Positions 26,425 through 40,665 are shown, numbered from the stretch's first letter. The stretch is 64,000 nt of DNA from Octopus vulgaris (GCA_951406725.2 OX597821.1:46376001-46440000), one strand, 5' to 3'. The notes: generated by a model from the letters alone, not told the origin. Numbers and translations are program-made.

Positions 26425-26790
26425 TCGAGCTGGCAGAAACGTTAGCACGCCGGGCGAAATGCGTAGCCGTATTTCGTCTGGCGTTATTTCGACTTTGCCT
26501 TTCATCCTTACGGGGTCGATAAATTAAGGACCAGTTACGTACTGGGGTCGATGTAATCGACTTAATCCGTTTGTCCGTCCTTGTTTTTTCTCCTCTGTGT
26601 TTAGCCCCTTGTGGGTAGTAAAGAAACAGGTATTCGTTTACTTACGGCCCCGTAGGTTAGAGGTTCGGCAAATGAGACTGAAAAAATAAGTACCTCACTT
26701 TGATAAATGAGTCCTGGGGGCGATGTGTGCGTTGAATGTTGTGTCTCAGCATGACTGCAGTCCAATGACTGAAGGAGGCAAAAGAAACAG
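26425..26790 (+). mobile_element. SINE B (26425-26630) inserted within a decayed SINE A body
   Basis: gagctggcagaaacgttagcacgccggg...ccccttgtgggtagtaaagaaa, flanked by SINE A-like sequence (cttggcaaccggt / ggttcggcaaatgagac...aatgactgaa). Confidence 0.7.
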
Positions 26791-26837
26791 AGGAAAGATG
26801 TATACAAATACATAGTTATGTACGCGCACACACATAT

Positions 26838-26877
<40 letters not shown>

Positions 26878-27044
26878 ATATATGTATGCATACACACACA
26901 CACGTACACATATACACGTATGCATGTATGTATATATGCACGTATGCACACAGAAATATGAGTATTCATATGTAATATATATGTGCGAGTGTGTGTGTGT
27001 GTGCCTATGTCTATTAATTTTCATGTGTATACTCTCGTTTATAA

Positions 27045-27522
27045 ATCTACCTACCTACCTACCTTCCTACATACTACCTACTTGCCTACCTACCTACCTA
27101 CCTACCTACCTACCTACCTACCTACCTACCTACCTATCGACCCATTTACCTACCTACCTATCTACCTACCTACCTACCTTCCTACCTACCTACCTACCTA
27201 CCTACCTACCTACCTACCTACCTCCCGACCTACCTACCTACCTTCCGACCTACCTACCTACCTACCTACCTACTACCTATCTACCTATCTACTTACCTAC
27301 CTACCTACCTACATACCTACCTACCTACCTACAAACCTACCTACCTACCTACCTACATACCTACCTACCCACCTACCTACCTACTTACCTACCTACCTAC
27401 CTACCTACCTACCTACCTACCTACATACCTACCTGCATGCCTACCTACCTACCTTCTTACCTATCTATCTACCTTCCTACCTATCTACCTACTTACCTAC
27501 CTACCTGCCTGCCTGCCTACCT
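27045..27522. repeat. (CCTA)n microsatellite; continues at 29251-29408
   Basis: Direct observation. Confidence 0.95.
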
Positions 27523-29250
27523 CAAAAATCAACCGGGAAAAGTCAGTGGGCTTGCGACTAGGCACCTGGAGAAGCAAGCCCATGCCGTCCACCAGCGCCT
27601 CCGTTGTGGGACGCTGGACCGACGGTCCGGTCGAGTTGCGACGGTCCGGTCGAGTTGTTCGGTCCGGCCCTCCAAATGGAGAAGAACTGGAACGAGATAA
27701 CGAGTAGGGTGGTCACTCTCGCCCGGCAATGGGCCGAGAGGAAACTGTCCCTAAAAGGTCGGGCGGAGGTGGCGAACACGTACATCGCGTCCGTCATCTA
27801 CTACCGCCTGACCGTCGTGCCTTGTCCCGACCCTACCATCACCAAACTAGAACGCATTCTCTTTCGCTTCTTGGGGAAAGGATGCGTCCCGATGGTCAGG
27901 CGATCCATTTGCTGTCAACACCCGTTAAAAGGAGGACTGGGCATGCCGTGGTTGATGATACGCAGACACGCGCTGAGACTGCGACATCTCAGGCTCTTCG
28001 TAGATGACGGTGAACAGGTGTGGTCGCCGTTTGTGAGGCACGCTTTCCCGCAGCTCATCTCCATGACCGAACTGCAATCGTGGACCAAAAAGAGGCCGAA
28101 GAAGGGCGAATGGCACCGCGAGTGTCGCGTTGCTCTCAAGCAACTCTGCCGTCCTGGGTCAACCTTGAGTGACTCTATCACAACCAAAGCAATCTATAGG
28201 GGATTAGTGGAGGGGAGGTACGACGACGAGCTCGGGGCGAACCTGGACGTCGACGAGGAATACCTGACCCGCCTGTTCGGGACGACTTTCGGGCCAGGGC
28301 CCATGGACAACTTCTAGAGATCCCTGGCCTGGCAGTGCTACCGAGAAGCGCTACCCGTTCGGGATAAGCTCTACAGACACGTCTCGAGAAACACGGGGCC
28401 GACCTGCCCGAGATGCGGTCAGAGCAACGAAACCGTTCTGTACGCACTCGTGCAGTGTCCAACAATTTCCGACCTGTGGGCTTATGTCGATCAACTGCTG
28501 TCACGTGTGGGACGAGTCGGTTTATCAGCTGAGTCTATCGTCAATATTGTCACGCCTCCTTCCTTCAAACGGGAAGGAAGAGCTATTTTCATCATCCTTG
28601 TGGCTATGGCGAAAGAATATATCTGGTGGACGCGTCTGAAAGGATTGGAGACAAACACTTTCCTCTCTGGTCAACCTCTCATCAACTTCTTCAAGTACCA
28701 CTTGAAAAGGAAAGTGAGAGTAGAGAGGCAAGTTTTGTCTAGCGAACGTTTTAAAAAAAGATGGGTGAATGTAGCAAGGATGGCACGTATGAATGACGAA
28801 GCCACCTTGAGCATAATCCTATGAACCCAGAAATTGAAAACAGAGGGTTACCCACTTGCAAACAAATGTAGTAACATATAACAATATTGACCAAGGTTAC
28901 CGTGGACTTTTTCGTAGGCTTTTCTTACCACGGATAAATCTTACTTGCTTTCCCCTTTACACCATACATCATGACACTGTGATACACGATCCCTATTGAT
29001 CGTTTTTTTCCTCTCCCCCTTTTTTACCCTTTTTTCTTCTTTTTTCATTTTTTCTTTTTTTCCCTTTTTTTCTTTTCTTTTTTTCTTTTTTTCTTTTTTT
29101 CTTTTTTTCCCTTTTTTTGTTCTTTTTTCCCTTTTACGATCCCTTTTGATCGAAAACCTACGCCACCTTTTTTTTTCTCCCCCAAAAGAAAAGCTCTACC
29201 TTGTAACTTGTCCCATCTGTGTGCAGCCCTGTGTGGCCAATAAAGAAGCT
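27523..29250 (+). mobile_element. 5'-truncated Tx1/L1-like LINE (ORF2 C-terminus, CCHC-like knuckle, T-rich 3' UTR)
   Basis: LSLKGRA, GGLGMP, CPRCGQSNETVLYALVQCP. Premature TAG at 28315. 3' end gcagccctgtgtggccaataaagaa. Inserted in (CCTA)n. Confidence 0.88.
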
Positions 29251-29859
29251 TATCTACCTTCCTACCTATCTACCTACTTACCTACCTGCCTGCCTGCCTG
29301 CCTGCATACTTACCTACCTACCTACCTACCTACCTATCTACCAGCCTGCCTGCCTACCTACCTACCTACCTACCTACCTACCTACCTACCTACCTACCCA
29401 CCTACCTTTCTATATATCTACGTTATACTAATGCACCTTTACTCTCTTGCTGATGATATGCGGCACAGTTGCATTTTGGACGAAAATACGCAGAAGTTTG
29501 TGTAGCAAGGGGACAACAATAGCATCCTAAAGAACGGCTACAGTATGTATTTAAGTGTGTGTGTAAGGGTTTGATTTGTGCGTGCATGCGTGTGTTTGTG
29601 TGTGCGCGCGTGTGTGTGTGTGCTGCTTGTGAACGTTTGTTTGTGAGCGTGCATTCAAAAACATACTTTCTGGTCCATTCGCCTTTCATAATTCTACGGC
29701 GATGAAAGTGTGTACATATTTGGGGTGATTGACTTACTGAAAGGCCAGAGCAGAAGTTCTCACCAATATTTTGTTTATGGCTCCTGTGGATTCCTATTTT
29801 CTCTAATGGACCTCCATAGCCATTCGATGTTCAAAAAATGTTGTAATTTTATAATTAAA

Positions 29860-30374
29860 CTAGCAGTATCGCCCGGCGTTGCTCGGGTTTGTAAGGGAAA
29901 TAACTATATAAGCATTTTTAGAGAGTTACTTCCCTTATAGATGCCAATTCGGGCTTTCTTAGCCATTTCTGTTTTGGTGTCTTCAAGCCATGAAGTCGTT
30001 GTTCTAAAAGAACGCTGGTCTCCTTGACAACGCTTTACGACGTTGATTTCCTTACACTCCCTTCCCCATAGCTTCACGAGGGAGGGAAGAAGGGGGAGAA
30101 GCAAACAGGTGCAGGTGTGACCATGGACGCCAACTCCGCCGCCATCGACACACGAAAAATTATGCATTAAAATGGAATAAAAAATGATGTTAAATTATTT
30201 TTAAAATCGTAGACTCATCGTAGATGCGCGCTAATACTCAGACGGGCTCGATATGAATCACGACTATAAGATACCCGAATTTGGTTAAACTGCATTGCAA
30301 AATGTGGGAGTAGTTAGGAATCTAAATCGAAGGGGACAGACACTCACACAACTACAGTTTAATATATATATAGA
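29860..30374 (-). mobile_element. Non-autonomous Helitron
   Basis: Minus strand begins A|TCTATATATATATT and ends with hairpin cccg-agcaacgc-cggg then CTAG|T: canonical Helitron termini in an AT site. Confidence 0.8.
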
Positions 30375-30905
30375 TATACAAAATGTTATATGGACTTCGG
30401 TCGAGAGGAGGAGGTTAGGGGGATGTTATTATCTGATTTAAAATTTCACCGTAGCCTTCATTGCAAGATGGCTGAAATCGCTTGATAATAAAAAGAAGAG
30501 ATGGCTACTGAGTGCTTTTCATGCAAAAGGCCGTTGTGTTGAAAATATTTTGCACAGGTTTCAGGTTTTGTGTGCATTTCTTCAAATAATTTCAAGCACT
30601 CCGAAAGGAATTTTCATAACTAAAGAAAAAAACACAATCATGCTCGTCTGCACCGGCACAGTCACACACTAGCGCCCGCAAGCACGCATGCACACACGCA
30701 GGGACGTACGCACACACACGCGCATGCATGCACGCACATCACACTCACACACATTCGCTCCGGCACCCAGAGGCACAGTATAATGCATTTTTACTAGGAA
30801 CGTGAATTCAATGACTGATAGTATACCGCAATATGTATATTCATATATTTACCTTTTCTCCCTTTTTCACTTTGAGTCTTATAAATATGAATGAGTACAC
30901 ACACA

Positions 30906-30986
<81 letters not shown>

Positions 30987-30992
30987 GATTAT

Positions 30993-31403
30993 GCAGACGT
31001 GGTTGTGTGTTAAGAGGCTTGTTTTCCAACCACATGGTTCCGGGTTCAGTCCCTCTGCGTGTCACTTTCGGCAAGTGTCTTCTCCTATTCGGGCCAACCA
31101 AAGCCTTGTGAGTAGGTTTGGTTGACAGAAACTGAAAGGATATCGTCGTATAAATATGTGTGTGTGTGCGTGTGTGTGTGTGTGTGTGCGTGTGCGTGCG
31201 TGTGAGTGTATATGTGTGTGTCCCATCACCACTTGACAACCGGTATTGATGTATTTACGTCCCTGTAACTTAGCGGTCGACGAAAGATACCGATAAAATA
31301 GTACTAGACTTAAGCGATAAGTCCTGGGGTCGATTTGTTCGACAAAACCCCCTCAAGGCGGTCCTCCAGCATGACCGCAGTGAAATGACTGAAACAAGTG
31401 AAA
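30993..31403 (+). mobile_element. SINE family A
   Basis: Head, internal (TG)n and gaaacaagt tail, as in other copies. Confidence 0.8.
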
Positions 31404-31404
31404 G

Positions 31405-31436
<32 letters not shown>

Positions 31437-31548
31437 GATAGATAGATAGATAGATAGATAGAATCAGATGAATAGGGTACTTAAGTTGAGGCGCCAGAAT
31501 TTAGTACGACATTATCCATACCATTTCAGCGTAAGGTGATTAAAATCA

Positions 31549-31822
31549 AAATAAGCAACAAGGATATCCAGAGGTAATGCAGTACGATCGTCTCATGCAA
31601 CTCCATTTAATTGAACAATGAAGTCATTACATCACTTTAGAATGCAGAACAATTTGCAGCTGCACAAAGACATAGAATTTTAATTTAATTAAATTCTATG
31701 TCTTTCTGCAGCTGAAGATTGCTCTGCATTTTAAATTGATGTAATGATTGCATTGTTCAATTAAATGGAATTACATGAAACGATCGTACTGCATTACCTC
31801 TGGATATCCTTGTTGCTTATTT
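31549..31822. repeat. Fold-back inverted repeat (~135-bp imperfect arms)
   Basis: aaataagcaacaaggatatccagaggtaatgcagtacgatcg... / ...cgatcgtactgcattacctctggatatccttgttgcttattt, centred near 31685. Confidence 0.92.
31707..31793 (+). ncRNA. Type I hammerhead ribozyme in the right arm of the palindrome
   Basis: tgcag CTGAAGA ...long imperfect stem II... GAAA cgatcg TA ctgca. The mirror copy in the left arm has a decayed core (CTGCAAA / GAGA). Confidence 0.75.
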
Positions 31823-31826
31823 GGAC

Positions 31827-31879
<53 letters not shown>

Positions 31880-32081
31880 AGTAATTGAATGAATTATCTT
31901 ATTAAGGATAATTCGAAAGCTAACCGATACCTGGGTAGCAATTCACATCAGAAAGAACACGGTTGAAGCTACGTCCCTAGGGCATAGACTACGTGTCTTC
32001 GTGCGGAAATTTGTATGTTTATTTTAAAATTATAAGTATATGAAAGAATGGAGTTCAACGACTAGTTAACAAATATCCTTT

Positions 32082-32166
32082 ATTCTCGACATATGTTTCG
32101 AAGGCTGCATATTCCTAATTCTGAAGGAATAAGGAGTACATTATGCAGATCTGTCATCAGGAAAAT
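32082..32166 (-). ncRNA. Type I hammerhead ribozyme (left arm)
   Basis: Reverse-complement mirror of 32320-32404. Confidence 0.75.
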
Positions 32167-32319
32167 CAAGGAACTTATGTCGACATCAAAATGCACAAAA
32201 ACTTTTAGCTGACCGCTTCAAGGAGCCCATGGCGATAATGAGTCATTATCGCCATGGGCTCCTTGAGAGCGGTCAGCTAAAAGTTTTTTGTGCATTTTGA
32301 TGTCGACATAAGTTCCTTG

Positions 32320-32404
32320 ATTTTCCTGATGACAGATCTGCATAATGTACTCCTTATTCCTTCGGAATTAGGAATATGCAGCCTTCGAAACATATGTCGA
32401 GAAT
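32320..32404 (+). ncRNA. Type I hammerhead ribozyme (right arm)
   Basis: attttc CTGATGA cagat-ctgcata...tatgcag-ccttc GAAA catatg TC gagaat, GUC site. Homologous to 21332-21417, but the base of stem II is weaker. Confidence 0.78.
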
Positions 32405-32464
32405 AAAGGATATTTGTTAACTAGTCGTTGAACTCCATTCTTTCATATACTTATATATATATAT

Positions 32465-32751
32465 AAACAATTGCAGCGTGGAAGGTGTTTGTAAGCCATT
32501 TAAGAAACACACAAAAGCCGTTCGATTCACTTCAACATTTAAGTTTAATTTGTAAAATATTTTCGTCGCTAAAATCCGCGACCTGTTCACTGACAAAAAT
32601 CCGTTTTGACAAATTAAACTTAAATGTTGAAGTGAATCGAACGGCTTTTGTGTGTTTCTTAAATGGCTTACAAACACCTTCCACGCTGCAATTGTTTTCG
32701 TTTCAGCACACGATCTCAGATCAAATCACTTGCTATGCGAGTACATCTCCG

Positions 32752-32755
<4 letters not shown>
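32465..32755. repeat. Fold-back element: ~93-bp inverted arms (32465-32557 / 32604-32697) with a ribozyme-bearing spacer
   Basis: Arms are nearly exact reverse complements. The right side extends to gtacatctccgtaat, matching 2846-2982. Confidence 0.92.
32549..32597 (-). ncRNA. Minimal hammerhead ribozyme with G3-C8 variant core
   Basis: tttgtca GTGAACA g-gtcgc-ggatttta-gcgac GAAA atat TT t(g)acaaa. The opposite arm retains tgacaaa, restoring a 7-bp stem I. Confidence 0.65.
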
Positions 32756-32794
<39 letters not shown>

Positions 32795-33075
32795 CAGATA
32801 TGTACTCATACGTGTATACGTACACATATACATATATGTATCACATATACATATATAATTTATATTTTAGAACTTGAGCCGTTAGATAAGTAAAGCAACG
32901 ACAGGCGAACTACGTACGTCTATTTACATATAAAGATATATTTAATGGAAAAGAAAATGTAAATGTGTGTGGATATGAAGAATACATAGTCCAACTTACA
33001 GAAGAAAAGATGTATTAAAATTTTACAAATGAAATGTTAGCATAATTTTAATACAAAATTTCTCTTCCCCTGCAG

Positions 33076-33163
33076 AAGGAGGTGGAGTTATCCAATAATG
33101 GACCCTAATATCTGTCATATATCAGGACCACCAAGCCCCGTGAAACGGCCGTCGGACTTTTAA
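33076..33163 (+). CDS. Possible host exon with stop codon (RRWSYPIMDPNICHISGPPSPVKRPSDF*)
   Basis: Strong acceptor tttctcttcccctgcag in unique sequence. 28-codon phase-2 frame; gtaagt donor at 33201. No homology recognised. Confidence 0.35.
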
Positions 33164-33273
33164 AGCTTTACCTATCTTATTTGTGATATCATTTTCTTCT
33201 GTAAGTTGGACTTTGTATGCTAAATATCCACACACATTTACATTATTCTTTTCGATTAAATGTATCTTTATAT

Positions 33274-33503
33274 GGCGGCGAGCTGGCAGAAACGTTAGCA
33301 CGCCGGGCGAAATGCTTAGCGGTATTTCGTCTGTTGTTACGTTCTGAGTTCAAATTCCGCCGAGGTCGACTTTGCCTTTCATCCTTTCGGGGTCGATAAA
33401 TAAAGTACCAGTTTCGCACTGGGGTCGATGTAGTCGACTTAATCCCTTTGTCTGTCCTTGTTTGTCCCCTCTATGTTTAGCCCCTTGTGGGTAGTAAAGA
33501 AAT
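33274..33503 (+). mobile_element. SINE family B, full length, long-tail variant
   Basis: ggcggcgagctggcagaa...gagttcaaattccgcc...ccccttgtgggtagtaaagaaa. Confidence 0.88.
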
Positions 33504-33574
33504 ATATATGTTATTAGAGGTACTTATTTTGCTTGTCGTTGCTTTACTTATATATGCATATATTCTTTTATCCC

Positions 33575-33738
33575 TTAACTCGTTTCAGTCATTTGACTGC
33601 GGCCATGCCGGAGCACCGCCTTTAGTCGAATAAATCGACCCCAGGAGTTACTCATTCTAAGCTTAGTGCTTATTTTATCGGTCTTTTTTGCCGATACACA
33701 CCAACATCGGTTGTCAAGCGATGGTGGGGGGACAAACA

Positions 33739-33804
<66 letters not shown>

Positions 33805-33945
33805 TACGACGGTCTTCTTCAGCTTCTGTCAACCAAATTCGCTCACAATGCTTTGGTCGGCCCGAGGTTATAGGCGAAGATACTTGCCCAAGGTGCCACG
33901 CAGTGGGACTGAACCCGGAGCCATGTGGTTGGTAAGCAAGCTACA
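33575..33945 (-). mobile_element. SINE family A
   Basis: Matches 4165-4563; internal (CA)n. Confidence 0.85.
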
Positions 33946-33957
33946 TACGTATTCCTG

Positions 33958-34023
<66 letters not shown>

Positions 34024-34301
34024 TGTGCACGTATTTACACACATATGCAGGAGCGCGTGTATACACACACACACACGTTCATTTATACATTGTGGCTGAT
34101 GCAATGTCAAGTGACGTAGTACAAGTGCATACAATTAGTGATCATGTCGAATTTGTGCCTAAAATTCATATCTAAATGCAAAGAGTTGGGAGCTGGAATA
34201 ATGGCTACAGGCAATGTATCGACCAAGCTAGTATATGTATGACAGAGGAAATAATAAGTATCCGGTCAGATTTTCATTCACACGCACTCCCACTCACACA
34301 T

Positions 34302-34476
<175 letters not shown>

Positions 34477-34477
34477 T

Positions 34478-34696
34478 AAGTTTCTTTATTGGCCACACAG
34501 GGCTGCACACAGATGGGACAAGTTACAAGGTAGAGCTTTTCTTTTGGGGGTGAAAAAAACAAAAAACAAAAGAAAAAAAAGAAAAAAAAAGGGTGGCGTA
34601 GGTTTTCGATCAAGAGGGATCGTAAAAGGGAAGAAAAGAACAAAAAAAAACAAACAAAAAAATAAATAAAATATAAAATAAAAAGAATAAAAAGAA

Positions 34697-34700
<4 letters not shown>
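34478..34700 (-). mobile_element. Tx1/L1-like LINE, 3' UTR-only insertion
   Basis: Near-identical reverse complement of 29110-29250. Confidence 0.85.
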
Positions 34701-34754
<54 letters not shown>

Positions 34755-34849
34755 GGATGGATGTATTTATCTTTTATTACTGACTGTATATACATGAATA
34801 TATATATGTATCTAGATATACAAACATACGTACACACACACACACGCAT

Positions 34850-34882
<33 letters not shown>

Positions 34883-35087
34883 CATACACACACACACACT
34901 CATCTAGTTACTATGCAAATAATTCCTGCCTGTACTAAAATATATTTTCAAGCAAATATATAAAAATGTCTTAAAATATTACTGAATTTAATTTTAGTTT
35001 TGTGTAAAAACGGTGAAAGGAAATGAGAATTTGAAATAAAGGAGCATTTTCCGTCGTATCTATACTTTTTTTTTTTTTTTTTTTTTT

Positions 35088-35280
35088 TTACTTATTTCAG
35101 TCATTGGCCCGAGGCCATGCTGAGACGCCACATTGAAGGGTTTCATCGAATGAATCGACCCCAATAGATAAAATTTAGTATTTATTTTATTGTTCTCTTT
35201 TGTTGCGACGCTAATTTACGGCAACGTAGTAAAAATAACATCAGTTGTCAAGCGCTGCTGGGGGACAAACACATCGACCC
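35088..35280 (-). mobile_element. Old SINE family A 3' fragment
   Basis: tttcagtcatt..ggccatgctg..atcgacccc..gttgtcaagcg..ggggacaaacac. Confidence 0.65.
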
Positions 35281-35315
35281 ATACACATACACGCATACAT
35301 ACATACATACATACA

Positions 35316-35349
<34 letters not shown>

Positions 35350-35679
35350 CATACATACATACGGGCATACATACAAACATGCATACATACATACATATGA
35401 ACATGTATGTATATATATGTGTGTGTGTGTGTGCGTGTTGTGTGCGTGTGCGCATGTGCACGTATCTATGCATGTGTATATATATTCTCTCTCTCTTTCT
35501 CTCTCCCTCTCTCTCTCTTTATATATATATATATATATATGTAAACGTTAAAAAAACACAAACTGGGACAAGAAAGTGAAACATTTTGAAGACGACAAAA
35601 AAACACACACAGACGGGACTTTCGAAGCTCTCAGTCATCAGTCAAGAACCAGATCATCTTCGCAATTTCGGCTGATATA

Positions 35680-35753
<74 letters not shown>

Positions 35754-35782
35754 TATATGTACATATATATATGTATATATAT

Positions 35783-35842
<60 letters not shown>

Positions 35843-35959
35843 GTATATATATATATATATAATACATTATATATATATATATAATGTATTATATATATTA
35901 TATATATATATACATAGATACATTCTGATTATGTGTATAGGTTGTTCATAAATTATCTC

Positions 35960-36230
35960 TATTCTAACATTTACCTCGACCTTTTTCATGAAACTGTTGT
36001 ATTACAGATTCACCACTTGCAATCAGCTGTTATTTTCCGACATGATGGTACGATGCCCCCTTCGGTGTGGAATGGTTCCTTAACTGGTGGACAGGGGGGG
36101 GGGGTTGTCCAGCTCCCTGGCCACTTAAGTTGTGAGATATAATCCGTCTCTACACTTCTTATGGGATTATATTAAAGGCAGTCCATTGTACAAAACTTCA
36201 AACCCTTATGATCTCAAGGGAAAAATACGC
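35960..36230 (+). mobile_element. Highly decayed Tc1/mariner transposase fragment
   Basis: VIFRHDG, W.G.GG, ccctggcca (WP) and ttcttatgggattatattaaa (FLWDYIK) remnants. Confidence 0.45.
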
Positions 36231-36364
36231 CGAGCCATATCCTACGTTGATAAGGGGTAATCCCCACTCACATGGTCAAAAGCTGAGCAACGTGTAGAAG
36301 GGTTGCGTACAACCAATTGACCCTATGCGGAATAGTTCTGATGTTTCCAATAAACCTTTATTTA

Positions 36365-36785
36365 TTTACTCTTTTACTTGTTTCAGTCATTTGACTGCGG
36401 CCATGCTGGAGCACCGCCTTTAGTCGAGAAAAATCGACTCCGGGACGTATTCTTTGTAAGCCCAGTACTTATTCTATCGGTCTCTTTTGCCGAACCGCTA
36501 ACGGGGACGTAAACACACCAGCATCGGTTGTCAAGCAATGCTAGGGGGACAAACACAGACACACAAACATATACACACACACATACACACACATATATAT
36601 ATATATATATATACATATATACGACAGGCTTCTTTCAGTTTCCGCCTACCAAATCCACTCACAAGGTTTTGGTCGGCCCGAGGCTATAGCGGAAGACACG
36701 TGCCCTAGGTGCCACGCAGTGGGACTGAACCCGGAATCATGTGGTTGGTAAGCAATCTACTTACCACACAGCCACTCCTGCGCCT
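36365..36785 (-). mobile_element. SINE family A, full length
   Basis: Near-identical to 4165-4563. Confidence 0.9.
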
Positions 36786-37050
36786 ATGTTTTCCAATAAA
36801 CTCTGCTGAGTTACGTTTATTTTTCAATCTTTTTCTGAATTTTGCAAATTGTAAAGGTAATTTATGGATATGCTGCATATATATATATAAATAGATAGCT
36901 ACCGTTTATCCTTCAGTTGCTTAAATCATTAGAGTGCAGTTATGCCAGGGCACCGCGTTGAGGAATCTTAGTGGAACTTATCAAACCAAGGATTCCTTTA
37001 AGCCTGGTACTTATTCTGTCAGTTTATTAGCAAAACCGCTAAATAAATAA

Positions 37051-37117
<67 letters not shown>

Positions 37118-37348
37118 TGATGATCATGATGATGATAATAATAATGATAAAAAAAAATAATAATAGTATATGTGTATGTGTATGTGTGTGCACATGTGCG
37201 TGTGTGTACACGAGTGAGTGGACAAACGAAAGAAAAGGGCACATGAGTCGAGATCCCATTAGGAGCCTGTGAAACTTGAAGTGGAACAAAACCGAATCAA
37301 GCTGTTTCAAATAACAACAACAACAACAACAACAACAATAATAATAAC

Positions 37349-37401
<53 letters not shown>

Positions 37402-37429
37402 CAACAACAATAATAATGATAATAATAAT

Positions 37430-38878
<1,449 letters not shown>

Positions 38879-38934
38879 TTAATAATAATAATGATAATAA
38901 TAATAATGATAATAATAATAATAGTAATAATAAT

Positions 38935-39410
38935 CACGAGCAGAATTAGTGGGGGAACATCATAAACATGTGAGAGGGATTCAAGATTTGCTTGTTAGTT
39001 GTTTGACCGTAACCAGTTGAGCATGTCCCTTAGTGGCTGACGAAATGTGCATCTCTGATCACGAGCAGAAGTAGTGGGGGAGCATCATAGCCATGTGTTG
39101 AGAGGGATTCTTTGGGGTTTGAATAATTCACCTCTGGAAACATGGGTGGTTCGTTGAACATCCGTAAACAACTCTTATTCAGGGACCTTTTGAGCGGGAT
39201 GGGATACTCGACGAGAAGAAAATTCTAACTGGGCCCCACCTGCAAGGTCATGTGCTGTTTATCTTGATATGAGATCACCATGTCGCGAACATATGGTTGT
39301 GATGCATGTGCCTAGTGTACCCTTATCAGACGGGTATTCATGATGGGTATACTGGGTTTTGTATATTTTACCGCAGTGTCACTTTGATGGCATGCACTGC
39401 TCTCTCACTC

Positions 39411-39411
<1 letters not shown>
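38935..39411 (+). mobile_element. Repeat family E (unclassified retroposon-like 3' end with (AAT)n tail)
   Basis: High similarity to 48340-48772; ends gcactgctctctcactc(aat)n. Confidence 0.75.
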
Positions 39412-39509
<98 letters not shown>

Positions 39510-39539
39510 AATAATGATGATAATAATAATAATAATAAC

Positions 39540-39623
<84 letters not shown>

Positions 39624-39648
39624 GAGGATGATGATGATGATGATGACG

Positions 39649-39709
<61 letters not shown>

Positions 39710-39813
39710 TAATTAATTCGTTTATTGGCCACAAGGGCTGACAAAAATTAATTAATACATAAAGGGACAAAACACAGGACGAAAGTTACAAAGGGTTTTG
39801 TCCGTTTGCAAAA

Positions 39814-39872
<59 letters not shown>

Positions 39873-39919
39873 TAAATATAATAAATATAATAATATATAA
39901 TAATATATGTATATATATA

Positions 39920-39998
<79 letters not shown>

Positions 39999-40289
39999 AT
40001 AGGTACTTATATGTACGTATGTATGTGTGGGTATGTGCGAACATATATATGGCTGTATATACACACACACACATAAACACAGAGAGAGAGACACATACAC
40101 ACACGCGCAGTAGCACACACAGATAGATGGATAGATTACGTAGCGTAATGAAAATTTCTCAGATTTTGCATGTACTGTAACATACCTAATGTTGTTAGAC
40201 ATACATAAATTTATTTGCATACAGTGTACCTTGTTTGTGCCTGAATGCATACTTATTTATGCGTCTGCTTATATAAAAACACATACAAA

Positions 40290-40338
<49 letters not shown>

Positions 40339-40434
40339 CACGCATACACAGACAAAAACTCCCATACACAGACAAACACCACACACAAATATATATGTGT
40401 ATGCACGTATGTGTTTATATATATGTACATATAC

Positions 40435-40512
<78 letters not shown>

Positions 40513-40665
40513 AAATATATATATGTATATATAAATATATATGTATATATATATATGTATATATATGTATATATAAATATATATGTATATATATATATAT
40601 ATATATTAGAAATATTAAAATTACTAAGTCTCTCTAAAAGAGAACAACGGCAGCGTTCCCGGAAA

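Larger units (their letters stand above)
32031..32455. repeat. Near-perfect 425-bp palindrome
   Basis: Arms of about 212 bp around a single G at 32242. I can see only three differences (two 1-nt indels, one substitution). Confidence 0.97.

Noticed and set aside
29444-29512. cttg CTGATGA ... GAAA ... gcaag resembling an HHR or C/D snoRNA
   Set aside because: Stem II does not abut GAAA, the stem I register is off by one, and there is no box D; likely chance.
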